Source of the DNA: an uncultured delta proteobacterium
GTDB taxonomy: Bacteria; Bdellovibrionota; FAC87; UBA2466
NCBI GenBank assembly: GCA_963778115.1
Contig: CAVZSV010000005.1
Span: forward strand, 160,001-224,000
DNA: 64,000 bases
Direction of reading: 5' to 3'
Both the position numbers and the translations under genes were made by a program. This document shows, in pieces, positions 10,235 through 19,144 of the stretch. The notes under the pieces were generated by a model, which made no database searches, had not been told where the DNA came from, and saw only the letters and a list, made by a program, of their open reading frames with translations. How positions within the stretch are numbered: position 1 is the first letter of the stretch; each line of letters starts with the position of its first letter.

Positions 10235-10762
10235 ATGAAATTCGGCATAATCACTTTGGGCGTTGCTATTAGCCTTTTGTGGGGGACACCCTGTCAGGCG
10301 GGCACTACCCTTGAAGATTTGAAAATGGATAAACGCTTCGGCATCGGAATCGAGGTGGGGGGCCCCATGGCCATCATGGGGATCGATATCGACGTGAATG
10401 TTACGGAACAGTTTAGTCTGAGTGCTGGTTTGGGAACCGGCATGGACTATTCGACGATAGGACTTAAAGCTCGATATTTTCTTCCGGGCAAAACGGTAAG
10501 CCCCTATATCGGAGCGGGCTTTGCGCATTGGTGGTCTCAGGGTACCAATGACACTTCTCCGGGGCCTGGAATTTTGCAACGGTTCTTGGTCGGAGACGAT
10601 CCGCGTCAGGGTTTTTCTCTCTTTATTGTTTATCCGACGTTTGGAGTTCAGTTTTTACACGCAAGTGGATTTGAGGTTTCGGCGGAAGTGGAATACCTCT
10701 TCAAACTTTTTGATATGGCCAATGGTCCCTATGCGGGCCTTGGCGTTCACTGGTACTTCTAA
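10235..10762 (+). CDS. Small outer-membrane beta-barrel protein
   Basis: GGAGG RBS, signal peptide, alternating beta-strand pattern (SPYIGAG), C-terminal GLGVHWYF signature. Confidence 0.7.
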   Translation: MKFGIITLGVAISLLWGTPCQAGTTLEDLKMDKRFGIGIEVGGPMAIMGIDIDVNVTEQFSLSAGLGTGMDYSTIGLKARYFLPGKTVSPYIGAGFAHWWSQGTNDTSPGPGILQRFLVGDDPRQGFSLFIVYPTFGVQFLHASGFEVSAEVEYLFKLFDMANGPYAGLGVHWYF

Positions 10763-10768
10763 ACAAAA

Positions 10769-12709
10769 ATGCGTCGATTCTTGGCTAATCTGAATTACGG
10801 GACCCGATCCTTAAAGACAACGCTCGCCCTCTATTTTATTCCTATCTCTTTAATTCCCACCCTTTCGGTCAGCTACTATGCGATGAAAACGTTTGAAGAG
10901 ACTACGCGTGAGACACTCATCCGACGATCGGTATCCGAACGGGATGCGATAGCGGCTGAGATTGAGAGTTTGGAAAACGACTTAGTAGTGGCTGCTCGTT
11001 TGCATGCAAAGTCGAGAAAACTCATTGAGGCCACGGCAACTAAAAGCTTTAGCCAAATCGCTGAAACGGTCACCGACTTTCGTCCTAATCTGGAGGTTAG
11101 GATCTACTCCTTGCAAGGAGCGTTTCTTGGTGGGAAGTCCAATGGCCGAGAGAATAAACAGATTAACTACCTCTCGAAAGAGGGGCTACAAAAGGTAAGG
11201 TCCAAAGGCGAAACGGTCGAAAGGTACTTTTCCCAAGGCTCTGTCGGATTTGTAACTCTCATTCGAGTTCTCATTCAGGATAAGACTCGAGTCTACGGAG
11301 TCTTAGAAGAAGAATTCCATTACGGAACGGAAGAACTCACAGAGCTTAAGAATCGTCGTCAAGTCGACGTAGTCCTTTTGAATCGCGATCTAATTCCTTT
11401 CGGAGCAAGTTTCGCGCTCTCCAACGAAGCTCTGCGTGTTTTTTCCGAGAAAGCGTTTCAATCGGTAGCGCAAGGGGTTGTGACACCATCCTATATCCAG
11501 ATAGGGGACGGGCGTTACGCTTCGTTTCTCTATGATTTAAATGCCGGCAAACAAAAAGCGTGGGGGTATTTGGGTGTATTTCTTTCGATGACGGCAGCGG
11601 ATGCTACGGTCACCAAACTTAAGATTGCAATCGTTTACCTAACCTTATTGCTAGCCTTGACCGCAACACTTGCCATTTTCATTGTTTCTAACCGTTTGGT
11701 AAAGCCTATCGTAGTATTGGTATCGGCGATGAAACGAGTGCAAACGGGTCGAGTGGAGCAGATTCCTTCGATCGATTCGACTTACGAAATCGAGTATCTA
11801 GTTCGATCTTTTAACGATATGACTCAAAACATTCATGCGGCCAAGCGTGCTTTGGAAACGAAGCTAGAGGAGTTAAGGACCGCCAATCAAAATTTGAAAA
11901 CGACTCAAGCGACTTTGATTCAGTCTGCCAAAATGATATCTCTGGGGCAAATTGTTGCAGGCGTTGCCCACGAACTCAATAATCCGATTGGGTTTATCTA
12001 TAGCAACATGCACCATCTTTCGGATTATCTCGTCAAAATAAGGCAATTGGTTCAAGTCTACCGGGAGGATCGAGCCAGATTTACCCCCGAAGAAAGAGCC
12101 AGACTGGAAAAGATAGAGAAGGATTTAGAAATCGATTACATCCTCAAAGACATGGAGGATCTCACTTTGAGCTGTGTGGAAGGGGCAAAGCGCACCAAAG
12201 AGATTGTCCTTGGGCTTCGGACTTTCTCTCGAATAGACGAATTATCGTTTCGAGAGGTCAATCTCCACGATGGGCTTCACAGTACGCTTAAACTTCTAGC
12301 TTCGGATTTCAAAGGTCGCATTGAAGTGCATGAAGAGTTCGAGGCGTTACCTCTGGTGGAGTGCAATCTGTCTCAAATGAATCAAGTGTTCATGAATTTG
12401 ATCTCTAATGCCGCGCAAGCGATTGAGGGGAGAGGCGAGATATGGATTCGCACACGGCTCGAAAACGAATTGGTCGCTATCGAAATTCAAGATAGCGGTT
12501 CCGGTATGCCGCCTGAAATTCAAGCTCAAATTTTTGATCCCTTCTTTACTACCAAGCGCGTGGGACAGGGAACTGGGCTAGGCCTTAGCATTGCCTATGG
12601 CCTTATTCAAAAGCACCACGGGACTATTGGAGTGACGTCCGAGGTTGGCAAAGGGACAACCTTTACGATCCGCATTCCGTTACGTCAGCCCGCCTCGGAA
12701 GTGGCCTAA
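10769..12709 (+). CDS. Membrane-bound HAMP-domain sensor histidine kinase (orphan)
   Basis: Two TMs, HAMP, H-box AGVAHELNNP, N-box QVFMNLISNA, DSGSG, FDPFFTTK, GTGLGL. Confidence 0.93.
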   Translation: MRRFLANLNYGTRSLKTTLALYFIPISLIPTLSVSYYAMKTFEETTRETLIRRSVSERDAIAAEIESLENDLVVAARLHAKSRKLIEATATKSFSQIAETVTDFRPNLEVRIYSLQGAFLGGKSNGRENKQINYLSKEGLQKVRSKGETVERYFSQGSVGFVTLIRVLIQDKTRVYGVLEEEFHYGTEELTELKNRRQVDVVLLNRDLIPFGASFALSNEALRVFSEKAFQSVAQGVVTPSYIQIGDGRYASFLYDLNAGKQKAWGYLGVFLSMTAADATVTKLKIAIVYLTLLLALTATLAIFIVSNRLVKPIVVLVSAMKRVQTGRVEQIPSIDSTYEIEYLVRSFNDMTQNIHAAKRALETKLEELRTANQNLKTTQATLIQSAKMISLGQIVAGVAHELNNPIGFIYSNMHHLSDYLVKIRQLVQVYREDRARFTPEERARLEKIEKDLEIDYILKDMEDLTLSCVEGAKRTKEIVLGLRTFSRIDELSFREVNLHDGLHSTLKLLASDFKGRIEVHEEFEALPLVECNLSQMNQVFMNLISNAAQAIEGRGEIWIRTRLENELVAIEIQDSGSGMPPEIQAQIFDPFFTTKRVGQGTGLGLSIAYGLIQKHHGTIGVTSEVGKGTTFTIRIPLRQPASEVA

Positions 12710-13933
12710 GATCTCTTCCACCGAAGTTTCTGCAGAAAAACCGAATCCGCTCTTTGCTAAAGCCATGCGCCAAGGAAGTTCTTTTTTGGCTTTGATGAAC
12801 TGAAGGGTTTTTAGGGCATCGAACCAGCATAGCAGATGCCGCTCGAGTGAAGCAGCGGTGGGACGAGTGCGAATCGCTTGTTCGATGGCTTCAAAGCCTC
12901 CCATCTTTTGAAATCGGCTCATCCTCCAGTCTGAAGCCCCGTCGAAACTTTTTCTAAACTCTATTGGATTTCGGTGGTGGGAGAGGGTTTTTAATGCCTC
13001 TAAAAGTCGGGCCAACCCTTCAAACGCCGAAGGATCGTAAAGGGTAAAGGACTCAAGGAGGCCTTCCGTTTGGGAGAGATCGATAGTAGCTTGTCCTGTG
13101 CCAAAGGGAACGCGGTTAGAAAGGCGCTGTTCCAGGTGGATGGGGGCTGTCGAAAGAAGATAGACCGGACCCAAGTGGGCTAACTTTCCTAAGAGATAAA
13201 AATCTTCAGCGGCATTTCGCTTCGGAAAACCCCGGGCCTGAGCATAAGCCTCCATCGGAATGGCAAGAGTGCTTCCTATCGTCGGAAAGGCATACAGCGA
13301 GTTAGCCTTTTTTAGCCCCCACTCGTAGTATCTTAGATGGATCTCATAGAGCTTTAGGGCTAGTGCCTCTTTCGGAGCCTGTTCGTTGAATCGATGTTGA
13401 TACGGATAGCAAAATCCGCTGGGGTTTCCTTCTGGCCATCCGGCAAGTCTCACGGGGGAGAGGGGGGAAGAAAAGTATTGAGTAGGGACTCTGGCGTCGG
13501 CGTCTGTCGTTCTTAAGAGGTCGCTTTTTATCTTATTCTCTCTCCAAAGTCTTAAGGCAAAATCACAGCCGATTTTACGCGCTAGACCCACCCCGTCTTT
13601 CTGGCTAAACCTGCGACCCGTGGAGGTATGGTCCATCGGACACAGACAGAGATTTAAATATCGCTTTTCTGAAATGGTGTTGAGCCAACCTTCGTTCGCT
13701 TGGTGAATAAAAGTGGGGTGATCGGTTCTTGAGTTTACGACGACAAGAACGAGAGCCTTGATGGCACTGGCTTGGGCCGCCCGTTCTAGCGAAGTTAAAC
13801 AATCGTCGATAAAATCGATTTCATCCAGGAAAGGAATGACGACGACGCTATCCCAGGGGGCCCCCACGGGAAGCTTCCCATCAAAGAGCGGCTCAGCATG
13901 AGCGGTCAGATATTTATCGATGGCGGACAGCAT
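12680..13933 (-). CDS. Glycosyltransferase family 2-like (GT-A fold) protein
   Basis: VVVIPFLDE, GVGLARKIGCD, TTDAD (DxD), GFPKRNAAEDFY; ATG 13933 lies just after the miaE stop. Confidence 0.65.
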   Translation of the reverse strand: MLSAIDKYLTAHAEPLFDGKLPVGAPWDSVVVIPFLDEIDFIDDCLTSLERAAQASAIKALVLVVVNSRTDHPTFIHQANEGWLNTISEKRYLNLCLCPMDHTSTGRRFSQKDGVGLARKIGCDFALRLWRENKIKSDLLRTTDADARVPTQYFSSPLSPVRLAGWPEGNPSGFCYPYQHRFNEQAPKEALALKLYEIHLRYYEWGLKKANSLYAFPTIGSTLAIPMEAYAQARGFPKRNAAEDFYLLGKLAHLGPVYLLSTAPIHLEQRLSNRVPFGTGQATIDLSQTEGLLESFTLYDPSAFEGLARLLEALKTLSHHRNPIEFRKSFDGASDWRMSRFQKMGGFEAIEQAIRTRPTAASLERHLLCWFDALKTLQFIKAKKELPWRMALAKSGFGFSAETSVEEILGHFRGGLT

Positions 13934-13934
13934 A

Positions 13935-14528
13935 TTAATGGATAGCCGAGCGAAACGGAACAGAGGCGATGGCCTTTGCCTCAAGATCCAAGAAGAAATC
14001 GAGTCGCTCTTGGATGGTCTCTGTAGGAAAATAAAGAGCAGCTATCTCAAGGAAGAGATCTTTGTGGTGCCCTTCAGCCCGGGCGAGCCTTGCATAGAAC
14101 TGCCGTAACGTAGCGTCTTCCAAGGACTGGGCCACTAAGGTAAGCCTCTCATGTCCTCTGGCTTCGATGACCGACGAGACAATGAGTCTATCCAAAAACC
14201 GCTCATCGCGGCCGGTGCGGACCTTTTCCATGAGCTGATTGACGTAAGGATCGGGAGCATCTTCGGCCAATTGAAGTCCACGGCTCTCGATAACTCGATA
14301 AACCTGGTGGAAGTGTTCCAACTCTTCACGCGCAAATTGGATCATGGGTTCTAAAAGTAGCGATCGATCGGGGTAGCGCACTACAAAGGACATCCCGACG
14401 GCGGAGGCCTTCCTTTCGCAAGAGGCGTGATCTAATAGAAAGGCGTCAAAGTCCTTTAGGGCGATCGTAAGCCATTCGGCCGGTGTTTCGTATCGCAAGC
14501 GAGAGACTATTGGAGTGGGTTCCGGCAT
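13935..14528 (-). CDS. miaE: tRNA-(ms2io6A) hydroxylase MiaE
   Basis: FLLDHASCERKAS, AREELEHF, IEARGHER and RAEGHH diiron-ligand motifs. Confidence 0.9.
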   Translation of the reverse strand: MPEPTPIVSRLRYETPAEWLTIALKDFDAFLLDHASCERKASAVGMSFVVRYPDRSLLLEPMIQFAREELEHFHQVYRVIESRGLQLAEDAPDPYVNQLMEKVRTGRDERFLDRLIVSSVIEARGHERLTLVAQSLEDATLRQFYARLARAEGHHKDLFLEIAALYFPTETIQERLDFFLDLEAKAIASVPFRSAIH

Positions 14529-14785
14529 GGGGAGTTTCTATCACAAAGGCGACAGAGGTAACAACGGGGTATCTCTTTGGGGGGGTAGGTACCGTTGGTT
14601 CGCAGAAAAATACTATCGCCTTCCGGTCAATCCGTTCGAGATATGGTAAACCCGGACCAGCAATATGAAAAAATTCGAGCTCTGATTAACGCGTCCCGAA
14701 CCTGGGCGTCGTGACGCTTTCGGTACTCTCTCAACTTTCCTCCCATTTTTACCGAAAAGCAGACGGGAAGTGAGGGTGTGGGAAA

Positions 14786-15523
14786 GTGCAGCGACGAAGG
14801 CGTCCAAGAGCGCTTACGATGACGTTACCGAACGACAAGCAGCCGATGCTGCTTTGGAACGGGAAGTCATACATGCTGCGCAATTTTAACGAACAAGGAA
14901 TTGGCCTTTGGGTTCCTTCCCCAGCCCCTTTTGCGCTCTCGCCGGGAACCGAGATGAGTGGGGATGTCGTCATCGGCAAGGATATCTTCCCCGTTCGACT
15001 AGAGATTCGCCATTCCTCTCCCGGCATTTTGGGCTTACGGTTCACCGACATCTCCCCTGAATTGGCGGGAGTGTTCAAAAGGCTCATGGAGCCCGCAAAT
15101 TACGCTAGCCAGTTAGAACCCCATTCTAAATCTCGCACGGAAGATTCCAAATTTGGTCACCCGCGTTTGTGGTACTCGGGCCCAGGTGGGACCGAGCTTG
15201 TGGTCTGGTACAACGATTTTCAACGCATGGTTATGGGGCTTCAGCTCAGTTTCTTGGGGCGATGGGTGTTTCGGTCCCAGTTCCAGGAGGTTAGGACGGG
15301 TTTTCTCAAAGACGACTTTGTTCCCTCTCTGGGAATTCAAATTGCTGAGAGTGATCTTATCCTAAGACACGAGATAGCCGATCTGGATGTCCTTCAGGAG
15401 GCGGCGCAATTCTTGGCTTCTGCTCCACGCCCCCTTCCCGGCGGGCTACTTTGGCAGTTTCTTGAGATGGGAGAGCAAACCTTTCTTCCCGAAGAACTAA
15501 TACCTGCCTCACGCGTCGCGTGA
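14786..15523 (+). CDS. PilZ-like domain protein
   Basis: N-terminal RRRPR (RxxxR), NFNEQGIG (degenerate D/NxSxxG) and GLRFTDIS. Confidence 0.55.
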   Translation: MQRRRRPRALTMTLPNDKQPMLLWNGKSYMLRNFNEQGIGLWVPSPAPFALSPGTEMSGDVVIGKDIFPVRLEIRHSSPGILGLRFTDISPELAGVFKRLMEPANYASQLEPHSKSRTEDSKFGHPRLWYSGPGGTELVVWYNDFQRMVMGLQLSFLGRWVFRSQFQEVRTGFLKDDFVPSLGIQIAESDLILRHEIADLDVLQEAAQFLASAPRPLPGGLLWQFLEMGEQTFLPEELIPASRVA

Positions 15524-15604
15524 TCAAACAACAATTTCTCTCCATAATTCCACGACATTTTGGCCATAAGCAAAGGCTAGTCTAAGCGTGGGGGGATCCG
15601 TTTT

Positions 15605-17011
15605 ATGTGGGTTTGGAAATCCGTTTTGCCGCTTTTGTTTCTCTCTGCCATCGTTTGGGCTCGTCCCGATTTTGGAACGACAGGAGTCGTTACCACACAG
15701 GTCGGAGGAGCTAACGGGCCCGCAAGAGATAATGCGTACGCAGTAGCACTTCAAGGGGATGGAAAAATCGTTGTAGCCGGAGCTTCCTTTAATGGACGCG
15801 ACAGCGATTTCGCTATCCTTCGCTATTTCCCCAACGGAACGCTAGATCAAACGTTCGGAGATGGAGGAGTATCGCTTTTCGATTCCAAATTAGGCGACGA
15901 TAAGGCATTTGGAATTGCTATACAACCGGACGGAAAAATAGTCGCTGTCGGAAGCGTTTCTAATGGAAGGCGATCAGTATTTGCGGTTTTGCGATTCCTT
16001 CAGGACGGTTCCCTCGATCCCAATTTTGCTCGAGAAGGTGTCTCAGTAACTGATTTTGGCAAGGGCGATGCGATCGCTTACTCGGTGGCGTTTGATTCGC
16101 AGGGGCGGATTGTCGTTGGAGGCTATGCTTCCAATGGCAATGACTTGGATTTTGCCGTTCTACGCCTCGAGCATAATGGCCTTCCCGATTTTTCTTTCGG
16201 CGAAAACGGAAAGGTCGTGACAGGTTTTACTGACGATAGAGATCGCGGATCTGACGAGCACGGTTATTCCATTTTAGTCCAACGCGATGACAAGATAGTA
16301 TTGTCCGGATATTCCGAGATGGACGGAAAATCGGTATTCGTAACGCTTCGCTATACTTCGTTGGGTTTGCTAGACAAAAGTTTTGGAGTCAACGGCAGTG
16401 TCGTAGCACAAATGGGATCTAACGATAGGGCTTATACTTCAGCACTTCAGCCGGATGGCAAGATTGTGGTGGGCGGAAGTTCGCTGCAAGGGGGGGGCAC
16501 TAAATTCGCTCTCGTCCGCTATCTGCCTAACGGAATTGTCGATCCCGAATTTGGACAAAGTGGCGTAGTCACGACGACCGTGAGTGGCGGGAATGATTCG
16601 ATCTACGGCATTGCCTTGCTCCATGATGGTCGAATCATTGCCGGAGGAGCCTCTACTCGGGGCTTGCAGCAAGACTTTAGCGTAGTTCGCTATTGGGGTG
16701 ATGGTAGCATGGATCAAAGTTTTGGAGGTGGCGGAATTTCAACTCGCCAGTTCAACAGTAAGTTTGCCGCCGTTTACGGCATCGCTCTTACCCCCGACAA
16801 TAAGGTGATAGCCGCGGGCTTCTCTATCGATAGCGGTGACTATAATGTGGCGTTGGCGAAGTATCGGTTCGATGGGCTTATCGATAAGAGGTTTGGCTCC
16901 GATGGAAACTCCCATCAGATCGCGCGCGGAGCGTATCGGACGCCTATTACAGCCGAAATTGGACTTCCTCAGACGATCTTTCGATCGCTGCTTTCCAATC
17001 CCGAACAATAG
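15605..17011 (+). CDS. Secreted delta-60 repeat (DUF5122-type) beta-propeller protein
   Basis: Signal peptide; seven repeats of QPDGKIVV...GxLDxxFGxxG. Confidence 0.88.
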   Translation: MWVWKSVLPLLFLSAIVWARPDFGTTGVVTTQVGGANGPARDNAYAVALQGDGKIVVAGASFNGRDSDFAILRYFPNGTLDQTFGDGGVSLFDSKLGDDKAFGIAIQPDGKIVAVGSVSNGRRSVFAVLRFLQDGSLDPNFAREGVSVTDFGKGDAIAYSVAFDSQGRIVVGGYASNGNDLDFAVLRLEHNGLPDFSFGENGKVVTGFTDDRDRGSDEHGYSILVQRDDKIVLSGYSEMDGKSVFVTLRYTSLGLLDKSFGVNGSVVAQMGSNDRAYTSALQPDGKIVVGGSSLQGGGTKFALVRYLPNGIVDPEFGQSGVVTTTVSGGNDSIYGIALLHDGRIIAGGASTRGLQQDFSVVRYWGDGSMDQSFGGGGISTRQFNSKFAAVYGIALTPDNKVIAAGFSIDSGDYNVALAKYRFDGLIDKRFGSDGNSHQIARGAYRTPITAEIGLPQTIFRSLLSNPEQ

Positions 17012-17114
17012 GAAATTCAGATCCTTGCGTACTCGAACGCCAAAGGACCGCGAGCCCCCCAACCCAACATTCCGAAAAAAAATGCGTCGGATAAATTGTT
17101 ATTGGTACGCATTA

Positions 17115-18128
17115 CTACTCTCTGGCGTCGAAGGCGCTACGTACCGCTTCGCCGATAAAGTTAAGCAGTAACAGGCTTCCAAACAGTGACAAAAAGGGAA
17201 ACAGAACGAGCCACCAGCTCGAGAGGTTTTCTTTGCCTTGCCGTAAGAGCTCGCCCCAACTTGCCGTGGGAGGAGGAAGACCCAACCCTAAGTAGTCGAG
17301 TGCCGCTAAACTACCGATGCTGGCTGAGATAATAAACGGAGAGAATGTGATGATGGGAGTCAGCGTATTGGGAAGGATATGTCGGAAAAGAATCCGGGGA
17401 GTACTTGCCCCCATCGCGGATGCGGCCACCACAAAATCAATTCGCCTAACACGCAACACTTCGACACGGACGTAACTTGCTAGTCCTATCCAGCTGAAAG
17501 CCACCCAGACTAAAGTCAAAAGCCAAAGGCTAGGAGGAAAAATACTTATCAAAAAGATGATGACGTAAAGCACGGGAAGCGCACTCCAGATCTCAATCGC
17601 TCTTTGTCCAAAGAAGTCTACTTTTCCGCCCAAAAATCCTTGGATAGCTCCGGTTAGATAGGCAAAGGCCACGACAAAAACCCAACTCACCAAAGCAAAA
17701 AGCATGGAGTTACGAAACCCGTAAATGAGACGGGTCAGAAGATCTCTTCCCGTGTCGTCGGTTCCCAGAAGATTCATCCGATTGGGTTTTCGAGGGGGCG
17801 GATCCGCTGCTTGTGTACTTTCGTTGGAAGAGTAGGGGACAAGCGGCATCACCATCCAGTTTCCAGGCTTCTGGAACGCTTCCGATTTCCTGAGCTCTTT
17901 ATAATCGGGCTCCGTGGGTTGATCGATGCCGAATTGAGTTCCCGGATAAAATTTGAAGAGCGGATAATAGGTATGCCCTTCAAAGTGCATGATATAGGGG
18001 CGATTGTTACAGATCCCTTCCGAAAAAAGGCTTAGCGTGAAAAGAACAGTCAAAATAATAAAGGACCAAAATCCCCGACGATTACGCTTAAAACGGGATA
18101 ACTGTTTTGCTAAAAGGGGGTCGATCAT
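17115..18128 (-). CDS. yejE: Peptide ABC transporter permease (YejE/OppC-like)
   Basis: RFKRNRRGFWS, LGTDDTGRD, RHILPN, LDYLGLGLPP. Confidence 0.85.
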   Translation of the reverse strand: MIDPLLAKQLSRFKRNRRGFWSFIILTVLFTLSLFSEGICNNRPYIMHFEGHTYYPLFKFYPGTQFGIDQPTEPDYKELRKSEAFQKPGNWMVMPLVPYSSNESTQAADPPPRKPNRMNLLGTDDTGRDLLTRLIYGFRNSMLFALVSWVFVVAFAYLTGAIQGFLGGKVDFFGQRAIEIWSALPVLYVIIFLISIFPPSLWLLTLVWVAFSWIGLASYVRVEVLRVRRIDFVVAASAMGASTPRILFRHILPNTLTPIITFSPFIISASIGSLAALDYLGLGLPPPTASWGELLRQGKENLSSWWLVLFPFLSLFGSLLLLNFIGEAVRSAFDARE

Positions 18129-19144
18129 CGAAAGTCGATCCTCGGATCAATAATAATGTATAGGAAATCAGAGATAACATTTCCGACGATGGTAAGAACA
18201 CTTAAGATCATGATATCGGCAAGGACCACCGGATAATCGCGATGGCCGATGGCTTCGTAGCTCAGTCGGCCAATGCCTTGAAGACCGAAAATGGTTTCAA
18301 TAAGCAGACTTCCCGCAAAAAAGAGGCCGATCCATTGTCCGACACCGTTGGCAATCGGTAGTATCGCGTTTCTAAGCGCGTGGCGGCCAATCACAAGCCT
18401 CTCTGGCAGTCCTTTTGCTCTAGCTGTCGTGACATAATCTTGGCGAAGTTGCTCGATAAGCGAATTCTTCATCAGCATCGTAAGGGTGGCGAAGCTACCG
18501 ATGGTATAGCAGGTTAGCGGAAGAAACATGTGCCACGAATAGTCTTTAATCTTGCTCCAGAAGGTGAGATCCGAAAAATTGTCCGATACCAGTCCTTGGA
18601 TGGGAAAGACGTTCCAAAAACTTCCTCCGCCAAAAAGCACAATAAGAAGAATTCCAAAAGCGAAGGATGGAATGGAGTAGAGAAAAAAGACAAGCCCTGA
18701 GGTAAATACGTCAAAGTGGCTATCATGACGAACCGCTTTCCAGATCCCTAGGGGGATGCAGATGATATAGGTGGCAATCAAACTAAAAAGTCCAAAGCTT
18801 AGAGAGACGGGTAAACGCGACACGATAAGATCTGAAACCGGTTGATCATAATAGTAGGAGTCTCCGAAGTTTCCGACCAGAAGCTTACCCATCCAATGAA
18901 TATAACGAACCGGAATGGGCTTATCGAATCCGTAGTAGGCAATCAGAGCCTGTTTCTGCTCTTCCGTCACCTGGGAGACGTGGCCCGAACCCGCCTCTCC
19001 GCCGACGCTTGAGTTTCTCCACTGAGCGAGCTGCATTTCGACGGGGCCGCCCGGTGTCAGCTGTACTAGGAAAAAACAGAGCAAACTAATGCCTATCAGT
19101 GTAGGAACGGAAAACAGGATCCGTTTGAGAAAGTACAGAGCCAT
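18125..19144 (-). CDS. yejB: Peptide ABC transporter permease (YejB/OppB-like)
   Basis: PGGPVE, YGFDKP, YVTTARAKGL, HALRNA, IDPRIDF. Confidence 0.88.
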   Translation of the reverse strand: MALYFLKRILFSVPTLIGISLLCFFLVQLTPGGPVEMQLAQWRNSSVGGEAGSGHVSQVTEEQKQALIAYYGFDKPIPVRYIHWMGKLLVGNFGDSYYYDQPVSDLIVSRLPVSLSFGLFSLIATYIICIPLGIWKAVRHDSHFDVFTSGLVFFLYSIPSFAFGILLIVLFGGGSFWNVFPIQGLVSDNFSDLTFWSKIKDYSWHMFLPLTCYTIGSFATLTMLMKNSLIEQLRQDYVTTARAKGLPERLVIGRHALRNAILPIANGVGQWIGLFFAGSLLIETIFGLQGIGRLSYEAIGHRDYPVVLADIMILSVLTIVGNVISDFLYIIIDPRIDFR

